A DNA stretch of 63,904 nucleotides, filler included, from Pelomyxa schiedti (taxonomy: Eukaryota; Protista; Evosea): NCBI GenBank assembly GCA_020536535.1. It is 9 parts of 9 records of this genome, joined end to end, with 100 filler letters (N's around TTAATTAATTAA, not from the genome) between each part and the next. Parts side by side here need not be neighbours in the genome. Positions count along the whole stretch, not along the records: positions 22,813 to 40,642 come from JAHLWZ010001125.1; 8 more parts are not named here. The stretch is one strand, 5' to 3'. Positions 26,012-37,865 of this stretch are shown piece by piece. The first letter of the stretch is position 1. Each line of letters starts with the position of its first letter. The notes under the pieces were generated by a model, which saw only the letters and a list, made by a program, of their open reading frames with translations, did no database searches and had not been told where the DNA came from. A program made the translations under genes and the position numbers.

Positions 26012-29000
26012 TCACTCGGTTCCACCCTTGGAGTCAGAGGAATTTGATTGAGTTTGGGTGGTGGTAAGTGCATCTGAAGTGGCATTAGTAGGACTACTAC
26101 CACCAAGTGTGGGTTGTGGAGTTGGAGCCCGTAGAGTGCCACCTTGGATTGTTAAGGCTGGTGTTGCCTGTTCTGTCATTATGGGAGTTGATGGTACTGT
26201 TTGTGCTACTGGTTGTGACGCTGTTGGTTTTGGTGTTGGTTCTGATGTTGGAACTGGCGATGTAGAGGGTGATGGAATGTGTGGTTCTGTGGGTGTTGGA
26301 ATTTGAGAGCCCCGTTGTTCTGAGGTAGTTGAGGTGATGGCGGGAGCTATGCGGTGCTGTGCCGTGGATATGGTTGTTGCAGCGGTGCAACCGGCTTTGG
26401 GCTCCCATGTGAGTGACATGTTGAACATCTCGGAATCGCTCAGTAGGGGTGGATTGAGGAGGTACTGCTGTATCTCCGGAACGGGCTTGAGGCAGTATGG
26501 CACGGTTTTGTGCTCGTGTATCTTTTTTATCACTTTTGACATGATGATCCGCTTTTCAAAGTTGATAAGGCCTGATGGGAGGATGTCTGGATTTCCGTCA
26601 TCAATCATTGTCAGGTCTGTCAAAAATACACCTATTGCATCGAGTCACTTGTTGCTTACATCTCAATGGAGAGGACCTAGATAAGGGATACACGGAAGTT
26701 TGGCGTGGCTTATCACCTCACGGAAATTCCGAAAATTTCCTTCCCTGTTCATGATCAGTTTCATTCTTTCAAAAACCATGAGAGACGGTGAGGGTAAATT
26801 CTGTTTTTTTGCCGTTTAAAATCGTATGAAGGAAGTTACATACAAACCTCCCATGTTTTCTTCAACCGGAAGATAGCACTATTTTGAAGTCCTGAGAGGA
26901 TTGCCACCAAGCTATTAAAGTTGTTTAAAGCTTCACAATGCTAACGGAGGAATGATGAGCGTCAAACAAGAAAAGGTGGTTCGTCATACTTGAGCTATTT
27001 CTATTAAAAGGGACAGTAATGTAGTTCTCATTCTTAGCTGCTCGGCCCAAACAATAGAAGAGGCGGCCCATCGGCTGACCTATCAGAAACTCAGCCTCTG
27101 AAATTTAAAGTCACATCATACTCACCATATTAAATCTGTGAATAAAGGCAAGCAAGTTTGGCGCGTTGTCGTTTTTTCCCTTTTTTGCCCAATGTTGATT
27201 TAGGCATTCCTTGGGTAAAATCTTGGAAAATAAATCAAAGTCTCTGTATCATTGTAAGTAAGTGCAATTATCACGTGAAAACTGAATTGGCTAATGGTTT
27301 ATTTGCTATGAGTACTACACACATTAATGTTAATTGCCTAGCAACTTCAAGAGGAGGCATATCCAATAGCCGAAAGCCAAATGAAACGGCACTAAAAATG
27401 TAAATACAAAGAGAGAGTGAGAAATACTACCTTGCTCCACTTGTCTGAAGGAGTGACGGAATAAGTGGTGCGGGTGCATTTACTAAAAAAGCTTCCTTTT
27501 CTTGAGGAGAACTTGCTCGGACCTCAATGCAAGGCATTTCAGTTGAAAAGTTGACTTAATATGATGAATCTATACTTGTTTTGCAATCGTGTCCTTGAGT
27601 AGTTTGCCCACAGTGGTATTGGTAGACAAATCTGAGTCAAGAAAAGAAAGCACTTCATCTGTGAGCTCCGGTTCTTCAAGGAAATCGTAAAGGTGAAGTT
27701 CGAACCACTTGACAAGGATATCGCATATCCTGCTAGTGTTAGTGTTAGTGCTACTCCACTTCTAACTGGATATCCACCTTTGGCGTTTCAGGTTGTGCTT
27801 CGTGGTATCTGTGCCGACTTCTCTATACCTAAAAAAAAGGTATTTCAAAAAATCAATTGCCAGGGTGCTATACAAACCCAGAGGTTAAAGCACGCAACAG
27901 TGCTGCTGGACTGCAAAAAGATCTGTAGGTAAACAAAAACGTGGTGGAAAAGTCTTCACCTGTGGGAGAAAAGAAATCATTCAGAAAGATTGAAGGGAGG
28001 GCAGGGGTACGAACATTCTGGACTCTCTTCCCAATCCGAAGAGAGTAGATGGTCAAATAACTTATCTACTGTTGCTGCTTTGATACGTCTTGCTGAACTG
28101 AAAATAATCGAAGGTCCTTCTAGTTTTGGTTCTTCTAGTGGGTTTGGGGCTGCAATTTCTCTTGAAAGGGACAGGTTGCTGGTTTTGTTTGTGCACATTG
28201 GTCAGGTTAATTGCACAAAAAAGAGGGAGTATACGGTGCACTAATGGAAAGTGCCTTGGCAGACAACCCAGAGAGGGATCCATCAACTTTCTCAGCAAAT
28301 AACTTTAATAGTGCTTTGTTTCGCTGAAATTTTTCATCAAGATGTGAGTCTGCTGATTGATGTTTTGGTGCACCAGGCAGATGGCTCCCACGTAAAGAAG
28401 CTATATCACTGAACTTGATGTTGTGTGGTGTTCTAGAACTAAGGAGCATCACATTTTCATGAAAGCTTTCTCCCATGTGTAAATCTTCCTCTGTTTTACA
28501 TAAGCGACTCATTTTAAGAGTCCAGAGCCAATCTTCCATGTCATGAAGTGTTTTTGCTTTAATTAGCACAGTTTTGCCAGATACTAAAGTCTGTGCATGG
28601 TAAATATTTTGGTTACAATAACATCAGTAAAAAGACCTTAATACAGAAAATTGCTTGGTCTCTATCGAAAATATCAATAGTACAAAAATCCAACCCTAAA
28701 ATGCGTCGTGGGTTTTGCATCTGTAATTTTCAGGATCAGTAGAAGCTTTCACCAATTAAAGGAATGACCTGCATGCCTGATACTTCAGACGGTTGAAAAA
28801 AATAAAGATAGTTTGTCTTCAATGCTATATGCCAGACCTTCCACAAAGCAAGTTTTAGTTTTTCTCCACCTCAACAAAAATCAAGGCTTTTCCAGTAAGG
28901 TAAACTCTTACCAAGTTGAGCCAAAACTTCGCCATGCTTGTCTGGATCAATGACCGCAGAGGAAGTTTCCTTTATGATAGTGAGGAAAGAAAAAAAGATA

Positions 29001-30911
29001 CTGGAAAGAAGGTACTAAGGATTTATCCAGAAAATCCTTAAATGCAGCAGAATTCCTCAGAGCTTGTTTTGCGCAAATCTCAGAGATGTACTGCTGAAGC
29101 TGCTCCTTCCTCAGCTCAACCTCATCAGAAATAAGTTTAAATAAGTGAACTTGAAGAAAATACAAAATCAGAATTCATGTTCCCAAAAAGTCTTTTTGGA
29201 GGAATGTTAGGCCGTTCTTCAATAAAGCCCTCTGCTTTCAACTAAAGGTTGCGTCAGGTATGAAGAACAAAAGAAGGAAACCTTTTTGTCTAACAATACA
29301 AATTGGTTGTACCTCCGCCATATCTTATAATCCTCGCTTCCAACAGTTACTCTCAATAAATAGGACTGTTACCAAAACAGGAGTTGATAAACAAGGAATA
29401 GCAGTATAAACTGTTCATCAATATTTACAATATACAAGCTGGCATACTGTGAAAGTTTTCTCATTCTCCACAGCCGCTTCATGACCAACAAGTTTTACAG
29501 TAGGTAACCAGTGAAGATCTTTAGGATCCAGCACAGCCGTCTTTCTTCTTCTGAGATTAGCAGCACCAAGAGAAAGTGTGCTGCTAGGTGAAGTGGAGGT
29601 TGATAAATCTCTTGGAGAGAAATTCTCGGATGCGGACATATGTAACGGGGATTGCGTTTGGCTGGTAGATAGTTGTGGTGCTAAGGTTAAAGGTGGAGAT
29701 GACTCTAATGTTACAGTTGGCATTTGGTTATGTGGAGGAGGTGAGGTGAGCAATAGAGACGGCAGTTGAGGTGAGGAAGGATTAGTTGGTGTTGGTGACG
29801 AATCGGTAGCCAATGCAGAACTCGTTGAAGTAGGAGGATGTACCAAGTTCATCAGTTGAGGTGTTGAGTGATACTTGGGAGTACTTCCAAGAGGTACGGG
29901 CTTTCCAGGGTCACATTTTCCTGGATCGCTAACACCACAGACATCAAGACTGCCGATTGTAGAAGTGAGACTGTTGGTGCTGCCACCAGAGCCGTTGTCA
30001 CTACTAACTGTGGAATTTGAATGGGGACTGAGGTCAGTTTTGGAAATGTTTGGCGATGATGAGGAATGGAACGCGGCCAACTTTGAGCTGAGGTTGCCGA
30101 GTAACAAAGCACCGCGGCTCAATGAACTGCCAGTGGGCTTTAGGTTCTGTTGCTGCTGAGGTGACATTGGTAGCGGCATGGGTGCCATTGTTGTGTTGGA
30201 ATTATTTGGTGATGCTGATAAAGAACTGCCTGGCTTCTTGGCATTCTGTGGTTGTTGCCTTTCAGTGGCACTAGAAGTTGGGACGGTGCTAGAGCCCTTT
30301 GATGGCCTTCTGAAAAACCCCCCACTGCCTCCAGTTGAGGAAGTTGCCTTTGTGGGTGAGCTGGTGCATGACACAGCTACTCCAGCAGTTGATGTGCCTC
30401 CTTGAGTATCTGATTTGTTGCCGTTTGTTGTTGTTGTGGTAGTTATTATGGGAGAGATAGCAGCGGCCCCGTTTGTTGTTGTCGAGGACGGCGAAGGCGG
30501 AGAAGATGAGAGGGGCGTAATTGTGGGATCGGCCTTGCTCCCACTGGCAGTAACAGATCCTCCTTCCTCGTCCTTCTTCGTACATGGCTCCCCGTTTACT
30601 GCTGTTGCTGTTGCCGTTTCTGTTGCTGTTGACGCTGTTGACGAGGAAGACGACGCCTCGCCGACACACGGCATTATGGGCTTGCCCTCGACACCTCCGT
30701 CGCCGCTCCCTCCTCCCCCTCCACCTCCACCTCCACCAGACGGCGTCGACGCAGCCGCTGCTACCGCGCCCTGGGGCTGTTGGCTACTGCTCGACGTCGC
30801 TGCAGTCGCTGGTTGTTGTGGCTGTGACTGGGCCTGAGGCTGGGGCTGGGGGGGAAGGATCTCCTCCTTTGGGGGCCGTGGTGCTGGCGACTTTGGGGGC
30901 GGCGAGAGCAT
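26012..30911 (-). CDS. PX + PH + REM + RasGEF (CDC25) domain protein with low-complexity N-terminus
   Basis: PX ([16 protein letters not shown]), PH (DMEDWLWTL), REM (IKAATVDKL), CDC25 ([32 protein letters not shown]). Confidence 0.88.
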
Positions 30912-31162
30912 CGGCTATGAGATGGGTCCGTTGTCGTCGACAGATCGCTTGGCTTCAGTCACTTCGAGATCGCCCACCGGCCGTTCAGATCGTTGTTTTA
31001 CGGTTATTCGGGTTTCGTTTGTTTTTAAAAGGTTGAGAAGCGGGTAACCGTAAGAGAAATCAAAATGAAAATTTTCGTTTTTTTTTGTCGTTGTTGGAAT
31101 GAACCCACAAGGCGTTTAGAAGAGGGTATCTCTAAGTAACATAGGCAATTCTGTTGAGAAAG

Positions 31163-32356
31163 TCAGTATGCGATTGGGACTACTTGTGGGTGTGGAATTG
31201 CAATTAGACCTTGGCCTTCACTTCCACATTCCTCTTCTTCAGGCCTGGTTGTAAAACAAGTAATAGTATTCACAACTCCTTGCTTGTGGCTAAAATTTGG
31301 GTGCTTGCACAAGGCACCCATCTTTACAAGCACAACGTACCGGCAGGATTGTGGCTCCTTTATTGGGAATGATAGTGTCAGAGAAATAGGAGACGTAGTG
31401 GAGACTACCGAGATAGACACAAATGTTGGAGTTCGGCCCTCATCACATGAGAATCTTATCTCTGTCTGCCGGTGTTCCCCAGATAGGTCACATACAGTCC
31501 CTTTCCTGTTTAATGTTGGCATCATTGGTTCAAGAAACTGCCTACGTGTATGTCTCGCTGTAAAAGCCATGCTGAAGCTGGCCAATTTCGCTTGGGAGTA
31601 ACTCTGGTGTGTAACCAAGGAAGTATTCAGATGCAACCTTTCCATTCTCCTTTATTTTTCATAAGTACAATTAACAAACAAGAATCAAAACCTCGTGGAA
31701 TTGACGCAAATGCCCCCCGTAGCAAAATTCATAAGTCCACCATCCACTGCTTTTGTAGATGCACTTGTCATTCATGGCCTCTTCCACCAATTCCCGTGCT
31801 TCGTCTAATAAAACTTCACTGGTCTTTGTCTCTGCCGTGGTGAAGTCTGGTACAATTTCCTTTGGGAGTCTGCACATAAACCTGTTCTCGAGTGGTGTAG
31901 GCTAAGGTGGATGTCACAACCTTCATCACGCAAACAACAACCACCCAATATCAAACAGTACACAGTCCAGAACTCCAGTCGAAATAAGGCCCAATTTTGT
32001 CACTCTCCCTCTCGAGTAACATAATAAAAACAACATCAATAGTTTAAACACCAAGCCAAAACAAAAAGCAAAAGCCAGCCCAATGGCAAACGCCAAACAC
32101 CCATAATGGCGGCATTTACTCACGGTGTTCCGTCGTACAAAGTCATACGGACTTCATCCCCTTGTGCCCCCGAGTGCGCCCGCTCCCACGCCTCCATTTC
32201 GTCCTCGTACATCCACTTGATGGCGTAGGGCGCGTCCCTCGACCCCGGTATGAAATCCGCCGCCAACTTGTGCAACTCCTCGCTCAATTGTGCCCCGCCG
32301 TGTGTCGCCGCCACAAGCACCACCCATAACACCGCTGCCACGTCGCTCCGTCTCAT
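31163..32356 (-). CDS. OS9: OS-9-like ER lectin (MRH domain)
   Basis: Signal peptide; CIYKSSGWWTYEFCYGGHLRQFH; GTVCDLSGEHRQTEIRFSC; EPQSCRYV. Confidence 0.85.
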
Positions 32357-32483
32357 CTTTAAATCTCGCTTTTTGATTCCCGTAATTTATCGTAACCAGC
32401 CGCTGCCGGAGAGGACGTGGCCTGATGACGCACCAAATTTCGTGGTGTTACAAAGCCCCCAACATATTTGCATATTTGAGATA

Positions 32484-35400
32484 CTAACTCTGTTTGTTGT
32501 GTTGTGGGTGGCTGTGTGAGATATGCCGTGTGTGGGTATGGTTGTGTGAACGGGTGCCACTCAGGGATCCCTGCCTGATGTGTGCAGCCTGTGGCGTGTT
32601 GCTGCCGCTCTGCGAGTCATTCCGCGTGTGTGAAGTACTGGCCGTGTGCGACGCCCTCCGTGCGTGCGTTTGTTGAATCGTCCTTTGTTGTTGCTGTTGC
32701 TGTTGTTGTTGCTGCTGCTGCTGGCGGGAGCGAGAGGGCGAGGAGGAGGACGGGGGCGGCTGAGAAGCCAGGGCCGAGTGCACGGGGGGCGAGACGGAGG
32801 AAGCGGGCGGGGGAGGGTGCTGCGTGTGGGTCGTCGGGCTGTGGCACGGCGGGGGAGGGTGCTGCGAGGCGCTGTGGTGGCGCGAGTGCTTGCTCAGCGT
32901 GGGCGACGCAGAGGCCGCGTGGTGGCCTTGCTGCGGCGCCGGGGTGCGGGAGTGGTTGGCCGGGGCTGTTACTGTACTAGAAGTAGTAGTATTAGTAGAA
33001 GTACTAGTAGTTGTTGCTGTGGTGGTGGTAGTTGATGTTGGAGTGGTTGGTGGGGATGGAAGGGGTGACTGCTGAAGTAGTTGGGTGTGGAACCTGGTCG
33101 GGGTCGGTGACTGGTTGGAGGGAAGGGTTGCAGGAGGAGCGGCTGCTGGAGAGGACCGCGGGGCAGTGGGGGAGGAGTGCGGGGTGTGATGGAGGTGCTT
33201 GTGGTTTGTTAGCGGGGGTGTTGATATAGGAAGTGTGTGGGGGAGTGTTGTATGGTACATCGGAGAGGAGGAGGACGACGTGGGTGACTGGAATACAGGC
33301 TGCTGCTGCTGGTGGATCTGTGACTGTGCGGGAAGAGACGGTGTTTGGTGGTGCAGGTGGTGCGGAGATGGAGATGCCTCTTGTTTTCCAAAATGTTTGT
33401 GGTGCTTCCCACTCATGTGTCCTACACTGCCACCACTCTCACTCCCACCGACACTTCTTCCACTCTCCGCAAGCTTGCTTGACTTGCCACCTTTGCTCTT
33501 TCCAGAGCTGCTGCTCTGCTTACTGTGAGCAGTGTGTTTGCTACTTATGCTGCTATGGTCATTTCCACTACTCATTGTACTCCTTCCAGACTTACTGTGC
33601 TCATAGATGCTCCTTATTCCTTGGGGTTGATCCACAGTGCCCTCATCGTTAATACTGCTGCTTCTGCCCCTCCTTGAGCTTGTACTTGCATGTTTGCTTC
33701 CTATGCTGCTCTTGCTGCTTCGGCTACTTCTACTCTTGCTTCTCTCATTACTGCTGCTTCCATTTCTTTTGGATTTGCTTCTGCTTCCAGTCCTGGCCCG
33801 GGGACCATCAAATGAGAGATATTGTGGTCCAATAATACTTGCTATATACATTGCCACTTGCGATGTGAGCTCTGTTTCTTTTGTTTTTATTTGTTTGGTG
33901 TTACGTATTAGTTCAAGTGTATACTTTCAATTATGTATTATTGGTTTGCTCAAGGCGAACCGAGGAGCTCATATATGCACGTAGTACAAAGGGAAGGAAT
34001 TTCAAATAAATTCTCCAAGAAGAGAGGTATATCTCGGAGCTGTGCATTGACCCGAGGAACAATCATTGATGCTATGTACGGGACCAATGGCTTACAGAAA
34101 AGTTTAACCAAGGATGCCACAAGAAACTATCTAAATGAGTTAGGATGTAAAATGAATGGGAGGGGAGAAAAAAAAACGGAAAAGAAAAACTGAACTGTGT
34201 GGAAATGCTTTTGGAGGAACTTCATGCCTCTAGCAATGCCTTGCTCATGTGCCGCTCTAACCAGAGCAGCGGCTTTGTCTAACATGGAAGCTTTATCGGC
34301 TTTGGCACCAGAAGGTGGTGGTGGCATTAGGGTATTTGCATTTGCCAGGCAGTCGAGAGTAGTAAAGAGAAGCTTATGCCAAAATTGCCTGTGTATGTCA
34401 ACAGCCTGATTAAGAACTTCTTCAAGTGCACACAAAAAAGGAACTTGAATATTTAGGTAAACATGAGAAAGAGCCTTTGATTAGTTACCAATGTCTGTAA
34501 TGTAGAACTCAGTTCCATGTAAACTTTTTTTAGCATCGTAGATCAGCCTCCATATGTTGAACTTTAAAAACCTTGTCAATAGGACTGAGAAAATTGAGCG
34601 CAAGGCACCTTGAGATCACGGCAAGCTCGCCAAATTCGTTCTTTGAGTTGATTTTCATGTCTTGCAAGCAGTTGAGGCCACTCATTTTCCAGAACAGCTG
34701 GGGTAGATATACTTAGGAATTTGATTTGATTGTCTTTTGCCCTTAAAAAGAGGAGCAACTGATAAAGTTAGACAAGCGAAGGAAAGAAGAACTTACAGTA
34801 GTGATCTGAATCTTTGGGGAAATTAGTACAAATAACTGTTCAGCAAAATCAGGGACTTTATCCAGAAGTTTAAACATCTGGCCAAGTGGTGGAGGAACTT
34901 GCAGTGGTAATCGAAGTAAATCCACAATCGCCGGTCTCAGAGCTTGCATGAACTGACGTATTTGAGTGGCATAGAAACTTGAGGAAGCTATGGTACCTTG
35001 GAGTGCACCCAATCAACAGCTGCATCAGTGAGAGTATGGAACTGTTGGCTCCATTTATTTAGAAGGGCCTCTTGCTCAGATAAAGTGATAGTTGGGTTTA
35101 CAATCGTTTGCAAGTTTTTGGAAATTAGCCCTCTGAATCGTTCACTGAATTCAGAAAACTGACTGACGAGGGTGGAGAAGGGTCCTCTTAGAACATTTAA
35201 AATGTGCAATGCTACAGGGGGAACTCCTTGACATATAGTACAGATTTCTAGCTCAGGAAGGAGATAATCTTTAATGGGGTTGAAGGCGATGTGAAAAGAT
35301 ACCTTTGGAAAGGATGGCAGAAATGTGATCTTTTGTAGTACGTTCCAACTGAAATATTCTAGTGGTATCAACAACGGCAGAATTTTTTCTTATAACCTCG

Positions 35401-36865
35401 GCATGGGATACAATCTCTGTTTATTGTCAATGGCAACAATTAAAAAAAGACTCTTATACATACCCACCCATGCCGGCCTAACAGTGGAGTAAATGAGATC
35501 TTTAATGTGACTCTGAACTGCTTCAAATGAAGAAGTAGTCACATCCGAGTGTGCATGTAAGTAATGTCGTTCATTGCTAATAGGATGGTGTTGTGGCCAG
35601 GCAAGCTTAACTTCTGATAGGATGTATCCAGATAAAGTTTCAGCAGGATCATCCTCAGAAAAAACAAAATGCTTCTCTGCAGAAAGCTGGGAAAATGATT
35701 CTACAAATGCATCCACAATCATTCTCTCACGCACTGGTGCTTTTTTTTTTTTGCCTCAATCTACTAGTATTTCAGAAAGTAGCATACTTAATCCAAGCCA
35801 TTTTTTCAGGAGATCAATTTCTTTGGCATTACTTGACTGAAGTACTGCTTGAAGATACTGTTGTACTTGTGGTACAGATTGTGGCGCATATTCCAGTGTT
35901 TGTTGTTTGTTTTTTATCGGAAATGGCAAGGATTTATTATCTATCTAATTCCAGTAAGAAGGACCGTAGGTAAATGTTGGAAAGCACACCTCTTTGTGCA
36001 ATTGCTTGAGGTGATGGTAACCTCTGAACACACAGGTATTATCATCACCAAGTGCTGCTTTTATTACAAACATTACATGTAGTTGGGCTCCTTTTTTTAA
36101 ATGTTACACTAGTTACCCTCCTCTTCAAGGATACCTAATTGCACATAGTCATAAACACAAACAGATAGCTCATTTGGTGGCTATTTGAAAGTCAGCAAAG
36201 AAAGAACAGAGGTTTTTTTTTTTTTGGTCTGAACCCAGGTGGTGATATATCACCATAAAGTAGTGCCATTAGCATATTAATATTAAATAGCGACATAATT
36301 CATTGCCCACCACATAGTTTGATCTATTTCCCCTGCTCCGTGGAATTACAGTGTGGGGAGTCGAAACAGAACCCACTGAGGTGTTGTTGATGTTTCCGCT
36401 GTGCCGCCACGCCCTCACCACCGACGCCCTGAACGCCGACATGAAGTCTTGCGAAAACCTGTCCATCACCCGCCGCACGGTGGCCCTCACAAACTCATCC
36501 ACCGACACGACTCCCCCATTGCCGCCACTACCATTACTACTGCTGCTACAAGTGGTGCCGTAAGCTGCAGCCGCCGTAGTCCCAGTGCCGCTGGCGGCAC
36601 TCGCGGCGCAGCTCGTACTACTACAATTCGTAGATGTGTTGGTGGAGGTCGTTGGGGTAGTGGATATCGACGTGGGTGTGGGTGTGGTTGTGGTTGTGGT
36701 CGTGGGCGCGGGGGAAGAAGAAGAGGGACAAGATGGTGTGGCAAGAAGGGGTGTGAGGGAGACGGAAGGGGTGGGGTCGCGGACAGTGGGGCGGTTGGTC
36801 GGGGTGCCTGGTGCTGGCGGCGTGGAGGACGCCGTGCTGCTGGACGACTTGCCTCGCCGGTGCAT
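32484..36865 (-). CDS. Large multi-exon helical protein (Niban/FAM129-like?) with Ser/His/Gln-rich C-terminal tail
   Basis: Exons splice (e.g. ...YELL|ELTSQVAMYIAS) into the 457-aa low-complexity ORF; the family resemblance is weak. Confidence 0.45.
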
Positions 36866-37128
36866 GGCGGTGGTGCCGCTGAAGATGCGTGGTTAATCTA
36901 TAAGTCGACTGGTGCAACGTTCCGTTTTGTTGATTAGTGAGCCCACGACTCAAAATTTGATGAAGAAAACAGGTAAGAGAACACAACTACATTGAGTGCT
37001 TGAAAGGGAGCTGCTGCTGCCCCCTTGGGGAAGTATTTCTGAGCCTCCAAGTCTATTCAGGAAGGGATTGAAAACCCTTTCATAACAGAAGCCAGCATCC
37101 TTTGACGGTTTCCCACCACCCTTCCCTC

Positions 37129-37763
37129 TCAATTCTTGACGGAACACAGTTTAAAATTTTTGAAGTTCAAACTTGACAACAATGTCCAAGGAACTGCCAC
37201 CAACCATGTATGTGGCGTCATAGCCACTGTCTTCTGTTGCTACACATGTGTATTTGTTGGATCCAATCTCAGGGCACAACCAGGACATGTACCTGTAAGG
37301 ATATATTTAATACTTGTAGGATTTTCTAAAATAATACAATAGCGGGGAAGAGATTGTAAGAGGTAGCTCACATTGTGTATCCTGTTGCTCCGATGTCATA
37401 GGTGCAATCTCCCTCGACATCACCAAGCATCACTGATTGGCATGTCCAGTTGCCAACGCTGCTTGGGGCAATTGTCTATTATTGTTTGGGGGTATTTGTG
37501 TTGGCTCAGGATGGCAAATAGTACGAACATTACCTTCGGGGCACTGGTTGTCATTTTTCCGTGAGGCTCTTCGCAAGACACGAGGTACAGTGTCTCCGGT
37601 GTCAAGTTTATAAGTGCTGCGGTGGGGTGTGAGCAGGGGCACACGAATTATGGGAGATGTAAAAGAAAAGGAAAAAGAGCACACAGGCAGTCATCGACTC
37701 GATGCTGCATTGCCCAACGCAAACCATCAACAACACGCAGAGCACCGCCGCCTTTGAGTTCAT
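37129..37763 (-). CDS. Secreted aegerolysin/Cry34-like small beta-sandwich protein (about 140 aa, 4 exons)
   Basis: Spliced: MNSKAAVLCVLLMVCVGQCSIESMTASLINLTPETLYLVSCEEPHGKMTTSAPKTIAPSSVGNWTCQSVMLGDVEGDCTYDIGATGYTMYMSWLCPEIGSNKYTCVATEDSGYDATYMVGGSSLDIVVKFELQNFKLCSVKN. Confidence 0.65.
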
Positions 37764-37865
37764 TTCGTTTGTTCGTACTTTCGTATTTTTCCTTTTTTCA
37801 AGTTCCAAATCAAAAAAGAAAAAACGACCCAAATCGGGGTGATCAGATCAAAAAAAAGTGTCCTC

